Shown here: positions 36,701 through 47,374 of the stretch, in pieces
Layout: each line of letters opens with the position of its first letter
Position numbering within the stretch: the first letter of the stretch is position 1
From: Selaginella moellendorffii
Lineage: Eukaryota; Plantae; Lycopodiophyta
Assembly (NCBI RefSeq): GCF_000143415.4
Contig: NW_003314279.1
Coordinates: 1,742,493-1,806,492 of the forward strand
Reading direction: 5' to 3'
DNA length: 64,000 bases
Notes under the pieces: model-generated
Told to the model about the DNA's origin: nothing
Databases searched by the model: none
What the model saw: only the letters and a program-made list of their open reading frames with translations
Made by a program: the position numbers and the translations under genes

Positions 36701-38773
36701 CCTTGGTATTATCAACCGAAATCTATTTAGATTGGCTAGTGCGATAGTTGGCATGAATGAATGTTTGTTAGTTTTACCACATTCAATCTATTTTTTTGAT
36801 TATTGCTTGCATTAGTTTTGATAAATTTGGATGTTATTTCTTTTGGGTAATACATTCACGAGTATTGTGCTTGCCAGTCAATAATACTTTGTGTTCTTTG
36901 AGTTATCTTTCGTAAGTTGTTTGGCTTTTTATTTATAATCTTTGATAGTTAAGCTTTATCATTAAGTTTACTTGATGATACACTTACTATTGAATTTTGC
37001 TAGATAGTGACTCCTATGTGTTCCACTGCTAGTGTTCTTGGTGGTTCTTATACTGTCATACTGGTTTATTGGATGATAACTTACTTGGAATATTTTTGTG
37101 TTCTAATCTAAGATTTAATCATTGATAATTAAGTCTCTAAGATATCATTGTCTATGAGTTTGATATTGTCCATCTATTAATCTTTGAGTTTGGGCCAGTA
37201 ATGGGCAAACTGGTTTCAGCACTTCGTGTGCATGGTGAAATTTCTAGTCATGGGTAGCTACTATCGACTGGTCACATAACCTACCTCTCTGTTGATGTTC
37301 TTTATTCTGTTTAAAGGAATATGACCATGTAAACAACTTTAACTGTTTGTTTACAGTAGTCTATCTAAACCTTACCGACGGGTTTGGTTTCTTTCTCATG
37401 AGGGTTGAGGCCTCTGGCTTCTCTCTCTATGCCACCTATGGGCAGGGGTGTATCACACTTTTTAAGTTGGGTGACACCCAGAGCAGCAAGGTTGGCTAAC
37501 TCCGTTGGTCATTTCCTTGTCGGTGATGGCCAGAAGGTGTCTAAGGTAGTAGCGCATCTGCGTTAGACAAAAAGGTTGCCTCCTAACTCATTTAAGTTGG
37601 TGCATTTCTCACATAGTGTGAGTACCGTGAACTTTTTCTAGAGTTGTTTCCTTGGCGGTATTCTAAACTAGAGTATGCATCGACAAGGACATCGATCTTC
37701 CCTAGGGGGGGAGAGTGTTGCAAATGTGACTTCGGGTATCAAAAGTTACCTCTTGGCTAGTCCTTACGAACACTCTTTCCTTACTGCCATGATGGCAGGA
37801 GGTCAGTATTGCTAGTTTCCTTTATCAATCCCTCTTGTTCAAGTGTTAGTTTACTAGGCTTCGCATCTGTACTTAGCAAAATGGATATAAGGTAGGAACT
37901 CCTATGTGTTTTTAGCTGAGCATACTCGGCCTGACTCTTAGTTCTCTTTTGCTCTGTCTTGCACTAGCTTGACAAAAACCCTTGCGTATTGAGATTGGTC
38001 CCTCAATATCACTAGATGATAGCTTATTGTGTCTGCCAAACACCCTCGCTATCATGCCTTTTGTGTTAGTCTCATTTCAGTCCCAAATGCTATTTATGGA
38101 AAGTGTCTAGATTTCGCAATCTAGTGCCATTCCATATTTAATAAGTTTCGAGCTTGTCCCAGAGACTAACTCTTAATACTAAGGGAGGAGTGTGTGTTCC
38201 TCGGGGGGGGGGGGGGCACTATGGGGGGTTCCAAATATATAGTAGGGATAGTGGGTAGGTTGGGCATGGTCGACCAACTTGAGGCATAGACTAGCTCCCG
38301 CTTCGTGCCTGTCCTTGTTCTACATCTGGCTTGGGTCTAAGCCCAAGTTCCACACCATGTTAGTTGGTGGAGTACCCATATCCTTGCGTTGGGCCACCGG
38401 TATGCTGAAATAGTGCCAAGCTCTGTTTGGCTCTGTTTTGCGTGCTAGTCTTGGCATTGGGATGCTTGTTGCTCCAGGACTGTTCCAAGTTGCTCCGGGC
38501 TCCTGTCCCTTCGCTCCTTGGGCTGTATGTTTGGGAGTAACTCTATGGTCCGGTTCTGTCACTCCTTGGCTCCAAGCTTGGGAGTTTGGCACCGTTCCTT
38601 TGTTCAATGACTCAAGGCCCTGAACCTCGGGTTCCACACCACTGTCCTTTGGACATGTGGCATATGACATGTGGCATGTGTCATATGCCATAAAGAGGGT
38701 TTAGGTTCCACTTCATGGTGTTATCTTATGGTAAATCACCATAAGATAAAGGGTTAAAACCACGTACGCTATA
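27727..38773 (+). mobile_element. Family B non-autonomous LTR element, full-length
   Basis: 5' LTR 27727-32718 (split by a family A copy), PBS TGGTATTAGAG at 32721, ORF-less 5 kb interior, PPT AGGGGGGGAGAG, 3' LTR 37716-38773. Perfect TSD ATAAA (27722-27726 / 38774-38778). Confidence 0.9.
28522..32333 (+). mobile_element. Family A chromovirus: 5' LTR, gag, protease and RT start, then a deletion into the 3' LTR
   Basis: LTR 28522-29630 (TG..CA), PBS T(A)GTATCAGAG. Motifs: [44 protein letters not shown]. It jumps into LTR sequence at ~31903 and ends CTTACA at 32333. No clean TSD. Confidence 0.87.
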
Positions 38774-40164
38774 ATAAAGTTCTACCTTGCAAAAATTCCT
38801 CCACTAGGTCTCTCTAGAGTCTAATAATGTTAATATAGGAATCTTCCTCAACTTCCCTTTGAGGTGGACAAATGCTACCTTGCATTCCATTGTCCATACC
38901 ATCTTCCTTTTTCCTTTTTAGTTTGTTAAGGGCAAGGCTACACTTGAATAGTGTTTGATAAACTTTCGATAGTAGTTGCATAGCCCCAAGAATGCCCTCA
39001 ACTCATGTATATTCAATGGTCACTCTCATTCTTAGATCGCTTGGACTTTCTCAGGGTCCACCTTGAGCCCATCTTTGCCCACCACATGCCCGAGAATCTT
39101 TACCTCTTGTCAAGCAAAGTCACATTTGCTCTCTTTAGCATACAACTTGTGTTCTTTTAGTTTCTCAAACACCTTTATCCGTGATCCAGATACGATACAA
39201 AAATATGGTTCATTAGTGCTGAAAACATTGCTTACTTATTGCACAACAAAGGGCATCACTAGAAACTCAAAGCTCCTATATCTTATTTGACAGGTTGTCT
39301 TCTAGACATCTTCCTCTGCTACCCTAATCTGGTAATATCTTGACCTTAGGTCAATCTTCGAGCCCCCCCTGGGAGACACAGACACACGCGCTTTGGGCTT
39401 TCACCCCACAACCTGTATTAGTATTCGAACTCAATTTCAAACTTGATCTCAGACCCAATCTCGGACTCGGTCTCAGATTTGAGCTCGAACTCTGTATAAG
39501 CAACCAAAAAGAATGACTCGAGAAACGATCCATAAGGGTTCAAATATAGAGGGAAAGGGCCCATGAACAAGAGTGCACCCCCATTTTCCAATCAGTTAAG
39601 GGTCATGGGATATTTGGTGTTAAGCGTCTTTGGGTTTGAATAGTACTAGGCTGGGTGTCAGGAATCCCCCAATTCTTGCCACATTCCTAACTTTTGCCAG
39701 ATTCCTGACCTGCAGACCACATTCCTGACTCTCGAGACACTTCTCTATTCCTGATTCTCGAGACACTTCCCTATTCCTGACTCTCGAGACACTTCCCTAT
39801 TCCTGACTCTTGAGACACTTCCTTATTCCTGACTCTTGAGCCACATTTCTGATGATGATGTGGCACCTCCTCAACCTCAACTATATTTGGGCCGTCCTCG
39901 ATCCAAGAGTGGAGCTTCATCAACCTATAGTATATATAGGTTAGCCTTGTTCCATTTCTTCACAATCTGAATCAACACCAGTCTAAGGCCTTTCCTTCAT
40001 TATTCACTAGCTTTTCTTTTTGTCTTTTGCATTTTCCAGTCTTGATCTTGTTGGGGGTCTTGACAGTTTGATTCAGATTGTGTTTTTTCGTTTTTCTCTT
40101 TAGCTCGTTTTGATTGTTTGACTGCTTTTGCCTTTTTTCCCCCTTTTTTCTTTCTTCTTTTATA

Positions 40165-41136
40165 ATGGAGTCTCCAAGCCATCTTGATTTCTTTGCTGAA
40201 GTCCTTGCAAAAATCCAGTCTAAGAATATCAAGCTAAAGGCAACCCTTCTTTGCATGCAACAGGAGCTTGCTTCACTTTCGGCTCAAGGATCCAGCAAAG
40301 TTTCTGAACTGAAGGTGAGTTTCCCGGCAAAATTTTCAAGGAAGCGTTTGGAGCTTCACGGATTCCTGAACCAGATGGAGCTGATCTTCGCACTTCAACA
40401 TCGGCAGAACCCCTCTCTTGAGTCTCAAATCGGTGCAATTGGGACGTTGCTCGAAGGTGCAGCTTTGTTATGGTTTTCTCCTCTCCTGGAGAAGAGCATG
40501 AAAGGGGTCATAGTTCCAGAGCTGATGGATCTTCAATTGTTCAAAGAGAAGCTCGAAGCATGTTTTGGCGAGACGGATCAGGTTCGGGCTGCCACCACAA
40601 AGATGAGACATCTCTCCCAAGGGTCTCATCCTGCCTCGATCTATGCTGCAGAGTTCCAATTCCTTGCCTTGGACACTCAGTGGGATGAGCGGGCCCTGAT
40701 TGATCAATTTCGTTTCGGCCTCAACAACGGTGTCAAGGATTTGTTACTCACCATGGAGGATCCCACAGACTTGTCAGACGCCATCAACAAAGCTGTTCGA
40801 TGCGACAATTGTCTCTTTGAACGTCGTCAGGAAAGTCACCGCGCCGCCGTTTTCCCGTCCCAGACTTAGGAATCCCAGCTTGAGTCTTCAAGGCATACTC
40901 CTGAACCTACTGCTTTGGTCCCGATGGATATTTTTGGTACTCCTCGTCTCATCAGAGGGAAGTTGAGTCCTGCTAAGAAGCAACATCGCATATCTCATAA
41001 TCTTTGCCTCTACTGTGCTGACCCTAATCACAAAGCAGTTGTGTGTCCCAAGAAGCCTCCCCGATTGCTCGAGTTCACTCTGCCGCAAAGTCCACCTCTG
41101 TTGCAATCGGGAAACGACCCTGTCCAAACAGAGTAG
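40165..41136 (+). pseudogene. gag (sushi/PEG10-like capsid and CCHC knuckle) with one premature stop at 40867
   Basis: FPAKFS...FLNQMELIF...LLEGAALLWF...SIYAAEFQ.LA...WDERALIDQFRFGL; CLYCADPNHKAVVC; ends SGNDPVQTE*. Confidence 0.88.
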
Positions 41137-44100
41137 GAGCTGTTTGTTTGGACTCCCCGAATAAAAATCACTTTTCTTCAAGCTCCTCACTACCTTTCAT
41201 CAAAGCCACCACCAATTCCCGCAACTTCCGCATCCCATGTCTCCTTTTTTTCACCGGACAATTAGGACTCAAGGCTCTAGCACTACTGGACTTGGGTGCA
41301 ACTTCCTGCTTCATGGACACGGACTTTGCTGCCCGACATCACGTTCCTCTTTCTCCTACCATATGGGATCTGAGGGTTGAAGGTATCGGCGGGCATTTTG
41401 TGTCTCCATCTTCTGGACTTAGGGAAAAGTTGCCCGTTCGAGTACACATCAGGTCCACTGTCACTGATATCGCCTTCAACATCATCAACAGCAAGTCCTC
41501 CTCTGTGGTGCTTGGCCTCCCTTGGTTCCAACTACATCAGCCTCAAATCTGTTGGTAGGAATTACAGCTCATCTCTCCCACATCACCATCTCCCACAGCT
41601 TCCCCTATTGTTCATCCAGTCCGAATCAGGAAAAGTTCCCTAAACTCAAATCGGGGTTCTATTCCTGACTTTACAAAGTTTTCACCCTCTTCTTTTCCCT
41701 TTCTTCCATCTTTCACTAGACAGTATCCTCATCTCATCATTCCATTCAGTCGTACACTTCCTCCTATCTCCACAATCACTATGAAAGAACTTCTTCATGA
41801 AGAACTTATTTTCCTTTTTGCTTTGCATGTTTCTCCTGTCAGTCTTCCTAAGAAGTTTCATGATTTTGGGGATGTGTTTGACAAGAAAAAAGCTAGTGTA
41901 CTGCCTGTTCATCGGCCTTATGACTGTCCCATTGATTTACAGGAAGGAGCATCACCTCCGTGGGGGCCTATCTACGGGTTATCCCCGTCCGAGCTTAAGG
42001 CCCTCAAAGAATACGTGGATGAGAACCTTGCCTCGGGGTACATTCAGCATTCGCAGTCCCCGGCTGGAGCGCCTGTCTTCTTTGTCAAGAAGAAGGATGG
42101 GATTTTGCGGCTAGTCATCGACTACCGAGGTTTGAACAAGGTGACTATTCGAAACTATTATCCACTGCCCCTGATCTCGGACCTGTTGGAACGCCTCGGC
42201 GGTGCCCACTTCTTCACCAAGATCGACCTCCATGGAGCATACAACCTGATCCGGATCCAACCTGGTGATGAATGGAAGACTACGTTTCGAACCCGCTATG
42301 GCTACTTTGAGTACACTGTCATGTCATTTGGCTTGACAAATGCTCCAGCAATTTTCCAACACATAGCAAATGACATCTTTTGGGAGTTTCTTGATCAGAT
42401 GGTGATCATCTACCTTGATGACATCCTCATCTACTCAAAAACTCAGGAGGAGCATGACGAGCATGTGCAGAAGGTGTTGGCAAAGCTGCGGGAACATAGC
42501 CTATACACGAAGCTTGAGAAATGTTCTTTCGATCAAGAGTCTGTGGAGTTCCTTGGGTTCATTGTCACTCCTGAGGGTATTACGATGGATCCTGCCAAAG
42601 TCAAGACTATTCTCGAATGGGAGCCTCCACAATCAATGTCGGACGTTCAGGTTTTCCTTGGCTTCGCCAACTTCTACCGCAAATTCATTGATCACTACTC
42701 TGATATTGTCCTTCCTCTCACGCATCTCACTCACAAGGATGTTCCCTTCTCTTGGTCTGCTGCTACCCAGCAGGCCTTCGACACACTCAAGGCGGCCTTC
42801 AGTTCTGCTCTTGTCTTGATCCACGCTAATCCCTCACAACCTTTCTTCATCGAGGCTAATGCCTTCGACTTTGCCATCGGTGCTGTGCTGTCTCAACTTG
42901 GAGCAGATCAAGAATTTCATCTGGTCGCCTTCCATTCTCAGAAATTCCAGCCTGCAGAGATCAATTACAAAATCCACGACAAGGAGCTCCTTGCAATCGT
43001 GGATTCTTTTGGAGAGTGGCATCGTTTCTTAGAGGGGGCAGGCCATCAAACAACAGTCTGAACGGATCACAAAAATCTTGAGTATTTTGCCACTTCCCAA
43101 GTTTTGAGCCGTCGTCAAGCAAGGTGGGCACAATTCTTGAGTCGGTTTGACTTTGTTATCAAGTACAGACCTGGAAAGTTTCAAGGCCTTCCTGATGCTC
43201 TTTCAAGGTGGTCCTATCTCAATCTCAGGCCTGGTAATCTTGCCTTTGATCAACAGGATCAAGTTATCCTTGGTCTTGATCGGCTTCAAGTTATGGCAAT
43301 TTCCCTAGCCCCTCAGGACTCCTCCTTGATGGATGCAATCAGAAACGATCTTCAATCTGATGACCTCGCCAGCGACATTTTCCCCCATCTTCAGGCTAGA
43401 CACCCAGTGACTCCTGATTGCCGGCAATTTTACGAGTTCGAGTTCTTAGATGGCTTGTTGTACCGTGGGGAGCAGCTTTACGTTCTTGAAGGTGATGCTC
43501 GAAGGTTGGTCCTAATGGCGGGCCACGATAGCCCGACTGCTGGTCACTTCGGCATTGCAAAAACCTATGAGCTGGTTGCACGGGACTTTTGGTGGCCTCA
43601 CATGGACGACTACATCAAAGCTTTTGTTACCTCCTGTGACACTTGCGCCCAGAATAGGGTACCTCGCCACCTTCCTTCAGGTTTGCTTCGTTCCCTCTCG
43701 GTCCCTCCAAGTCCTTGGGAATCCATCTCCATGGATTTCTTGAGTGATCTTCCAAATTCTTGAGGCTTCAATAACATTTTAGTCGTAGTGGATCGCTTCA
43801 CAAAGATGGCGCACTTCTTGCCATGTACCAAGGAGTTTTTGGGCAAGGACATGGCAAAATTGGTATTCAGAGAAACTTTCCGACTTCATGAGATTCCTGT
43901 AGATGTGGTTTCGGATCGAGGACCTCAGTTCATCTCTCATTTCTGGCAACGGTTTCTGCAACTGCTTGGAGTGAAGGCCAACCTCTCTTCGGCGTATCAT
44001 CCTCAAACTGATGGATAGTCCGAGCGAACGATTCAGACGTTGGAACAATTCCTGAGGTGCTTCATCAACTATCATCAGGATGACTGGTTCGATATCCTTC

Positions 44101-45485
44101 CCCTTGTTGAGTTCTCCTATAACAACTCTGTTCACTCCTCTCTTTGAGTTTCCCCCTTCTTTGCGAACTTTGGCCGAAATCCCCGATTCAATCTCTCACT
44201 TCCTTCTCCATCTGAATCCTCTCATTCTAATCCTCACTCTGAGACATTTGTCTCCAGCCTCCAAGAAATCCACAACTCCATCTCCTTCCACCTCCATCGT
44301 GCTCAGGAATCTCACAAAACATTTGCCAATGTCCATCGTCAGGATTGTCCCCCTGGGGATAAGGTCTGGCTCCTCAGGCGAAATATCTCCACCACTAGAC
44401 CATGTCCCAAACTCAATTTCAAACGCTTCGGGTCTTTCCCTATCACTGCTATCATTAATCCTGTCACTTATTGCCTTGCACTTCCCTCCTCATTATAAGC
44501 AACCAAAGGGAACAACTCGAGAGACGATCCATAGGGGTTCAAATATAGAGGGAAAGGGCCCACGAATAAGAGTGCACCCCCTTTTCCAATCGGTTATGGG
44601 TCTTGCGATATTTGGGGTTAAGCGTCCTTGGGTTTGAATAGTACTGGGCTGGGTGACCTCCCGAGAAGTCCAAACTTAAGAGCTTACATTTGGTATCGGA
44701 GCGGGTCTTGAGTCCGACTCTGTTGGTTGGCTAAGGGAATCACACCACATGTTGATTGACATCTGGCTGGCCCAATTTGCTCCTGCTGGGCTCGACCCGA
44801 GGGGTAGGGTGTCAAGAGAGCGGGGCTCTCAGGAGAGCTGCGGTTCTCAGCTTCCGTTCACAAGGGCATGAACTTGCAGGGAAGCGTGGTGGATTGTAAG
44901 CAACCAAAGGGAACGACTCGAGAGACGATCCATAGGGGTTCAAATATAAAGGGAAAGGGCCCATGAACAAGAGTGCACCCTTTTTTCCAATCGGTTAAGG
45001 GTCTTGGGATACTTGGGGTTAAGTGTCCTTGGGTTTGAATAGTACTGGGCTGGGTGACCTCCCGGGAAGTCCAAACTTAGGACCTGACAATCATATCAAT
45101 TTCACCCTGTTTTTCACTCCTTTCTCCTTGAGCCTTATATTCCCAGTCCTATTCCAAATCGGGTCATTCCTCCGCCTCCACCAGTGCAACTCGAGGATGG
45201 ATCTGAGTACGAGGTTTAGGACATCCTTAATTCCAATATCTCACGGTCTAAACTCTACTATCCTATTCCAAATCGGGTCATTCCTCCGCCTCCACCAGTG
45301 CAACTCGAGGATGGATCTGAGTACGAGGTTTAGGACATCCTTAATTCCAAGATCTCATGGTCTAAACTCTACTATCTAGTTGACTGGAAGGGTTATGGAC
45401 CTAAAGAACACACTTAGGAACCTACGGACAACCTGATTCATTCTTCTAACCTTTTTCAGGACTTCCACCGCTGCTATCCTTCTTG
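41109..45485 (+). pseudogene. pol (protease, RT, RNase H, integrase, chromodomain), starting in the -1 frame relative to gag
   Basis: ALLDLGATSCF; IIYLDDILIYS; FFIEANAFDFAIGAVL; GHFGIAKT...CDTC; SAYHPQTDG; EYEV*DIL...YLVDWKGYG. Interrupted by stops, a Cassandra insertion and a 114 bp duplication. Confidence 0.9.
44494..45089 (+). mobile_element. Cassandra TRIM, full-length (596 bp), inserted in the integrase
   Basis: 195 bp LTRs at 44494-44688 and 44895-45089. 5S-like segment GTTAAGCGTCCTTGGG...AGTACTGGGCTGGGTGACCTCCCGAGAAGTCC at 44617-44671. PBS TGGTATCGGAGC. TSD CTCAT/ATCAT. Removal restores LPSSYQFHPVFH. Confidence 0.95.
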
Positions 45486-46280
45486 TCCCAGTCCTCATTC
45501 TTTTTCTCCATCTCCCGTCCCTCACCGCCCATCTCATCCTCCTCCTCGTTCTCATTCATGTCCTCATTCCACTCGTTCTTGAGGAGGGGGTGCTGTCAGG
45601 AATCCCCCAATTCTTGCCACATTCCTAACTCTCGCCGGATTCCTGACTTGCAGACCATATTCCTGACTCTCGAGACACTTCCCTATTCCTGACTCTCCAT
45701 TTCCCGTATGATTCCTGAGTCTCAAGCCACATTCCTGATGATGATGTGGCGCCTCCTCAACCTCAACTATATTTGGGCCGTCCTCGATCCAAGAGTGGTG
45801 GAGCTTCATCAACCTATAGTATATATAGGTTAGCTTTGTTCCATTTTTCCACAATTTGAATCAACACCAGTCTAAGGCCTTTTTTTCGTTATTAACTAGC
45901 TTTTCTCTTTGTCTTTTGCATTTTCTAGTCTTGATCTTGTTGGGGGTCTTGACACTGGGTGACCTCTCAGAAATCCAAACTCAGGAGTTTACACTCTGTC
46001 TCGGACCCGATCTCGGATCTTGGACTCGGTCTCGAACTTGGTCTTGGAGTTGGCCTCAAACTTGGTCTCTCAAACTTAGTCCCATCTAATGAACTCTTTG
46101 TTGATCATTTTATTCATAAACCATTCCGTTTTTGTAAGCCAATACAAACTAATGAAGGAGTTGGAATTGACTTTTGTTAGTTTAAACCTTAGTAAATAGT
46201 TTGTATAATGTAACCCAAAAGGGATATTAACTTTTGGGGCTAAGGCAATTGCATTGAATAGAGTCTGGAGTTGGTGTAGA

Positions 46281-47052
46281 TGTAGTGCACCCTATCTCTC
46301 TCCCTTTAAACTAACTAGAAAAAGGGCAATTGTTTTATGAGAGAACCTTTAGTGGCTATTTTATACCCATTTATCCCTCAAAATTCCAAAGATCTATAGT
46401 GATAATATATTCAAATTTCATCCCATGATCATATGCACTATACTCACCCCCCCTTTAAAGATATCAATATCCTTTTAGCCCACCCTTCTATTACCCATAC
46501 GAATCCAGCCACTCTGGGCATGTCCAGTCGGGTGTCCCCCCGAGCATGGTGTGGGAGGACGGATCACATGCATCGGGACTATATCTGGGTAACCCTTACT
46601 AAGCCAAGAGGAACCAACACCTCCATTTCTACACTAAATTTACCAATTCTTTTATTGTGTAGACTAGCTATTCCATATTAGGTAACTAGTCATTCAACTA
46701 TACCGCAGTCCCACAATGGATACTTTCATTTGTGAATGCTCCACCAAGAGGAAGGATGTACACATGAATACCTAATATGTATAATTTCAAATTTAGGGGT
46801 AAGAATATATCTTGCTCAAAGATATATTATATTTTTAAGTAGCCACAAATCAATGGGAATTAAATCCATGCCATTTGCTCTAATACTACATGCAGCACAC
46901 TCTATTTCTCTCTCCTTAAGCCAACTAAAAAATGGGCAATTGCTTGATGAGAAAGCCTCTAATGGTTATTTTATCCCCATTTATCCCCCAAAGTTCTAAG
47001 GATCCATAGTGATAGTATATCCAAATCTCATCCCATAATCACATGTGCTATA
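46281..47052 (-). mobile_element. TRIM (772 bp, 162 bp LTRs), not Cassandra
   Basis: Direct repeats at 46281-46442 and 46891-47052 with inverted ends (TGTAGTGCA..TGCACTATA). Minus-strand PBS TAGTATTAGAGC at ~46877-46888 and PPT AAAGGGGGGGTGAG next to 46443. TSD GTAGA/GTAAA. Confidence 0.85.
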
Positions 47053-47374
47053 GTAAAAAAGTGGCTCTTATGCTTTTCTAGAACAGTGACTTTTGTGCCT
47101 TTCTTCTATAATGATATGCTTGATGGCAAGCTGTAATTTGCATTTAATTACACTTTATGAGAGTAGTGAGCTAACACAAGGATATGGGTACTCCACCAAC
47201 TAACATAGTATGGAACTTGGGGTTAGACCCAAGCCGGATGCAAAACAAGAACAAGCACACAAGCGGGAGCTAGACTATGCCTTAGGTTGGTCAGCCATAC
47301 CCGACCTACCCACTATTCCTTGGTCTAAAACACTTTTCATAAATAAACCCTTTCTATTTCAAGACAATCACTTT

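Larger units (their letters stand above)
39656..45954 (+). mobile_element. Full-length Tcn1/Tf1-sushi-like chromovirus
   Basis: LTRs at 39656-40065 and 45594-45954 (TGTCA..TGACA). Perfect TSD CTGGG. PPT GAGGAGGGGG at 45581-45590. Domain order is gag-PR-RT-RH-IN-chromodomain, with a non-tRNA PBS. Confidence 0.93.
39495..45993 (+). mobile_element. Cassandra solo LTR split in two (39495-39655 and 45960-45993) by the Tcn1-like element
   Basis: Perfect TSD CTCTG (39490-39494 / 45994-45998). The two halves rejoin into one Cassandra LTR. Confidence 0.92.
26364..46099 (-). mobile_element. Family A chromovirus on the minus strand, fragmented; host of the main nest
   Basis: 3' LTR 26364-27296, PPT 27297-27308, 3'UTR to 27726. 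It resumes at 38779 (chromodomain end, RT pieces to ~39360). 5' LTR pieces lie at 39361-39494 and 45999-46099. Confidence 0.8.

Noticed and set aside
32900-37173. Long antisense ORF (env-like or aORF) in the family B interior
   Set aside because: The minus strand is T-poor, so open stretches are expected. Several stops I checked near 34640-34700 are shared by all three copies, and no domain is recognisable. A consensus-level test would be needed to revive it.
44617-44671. 5S rRNA genes
   Set aside because: Only the ~55 nt internal-promoter part is present, embedded in LTRs with PBS, PPT and TSD. These are Cassandra elements, not rDNA.
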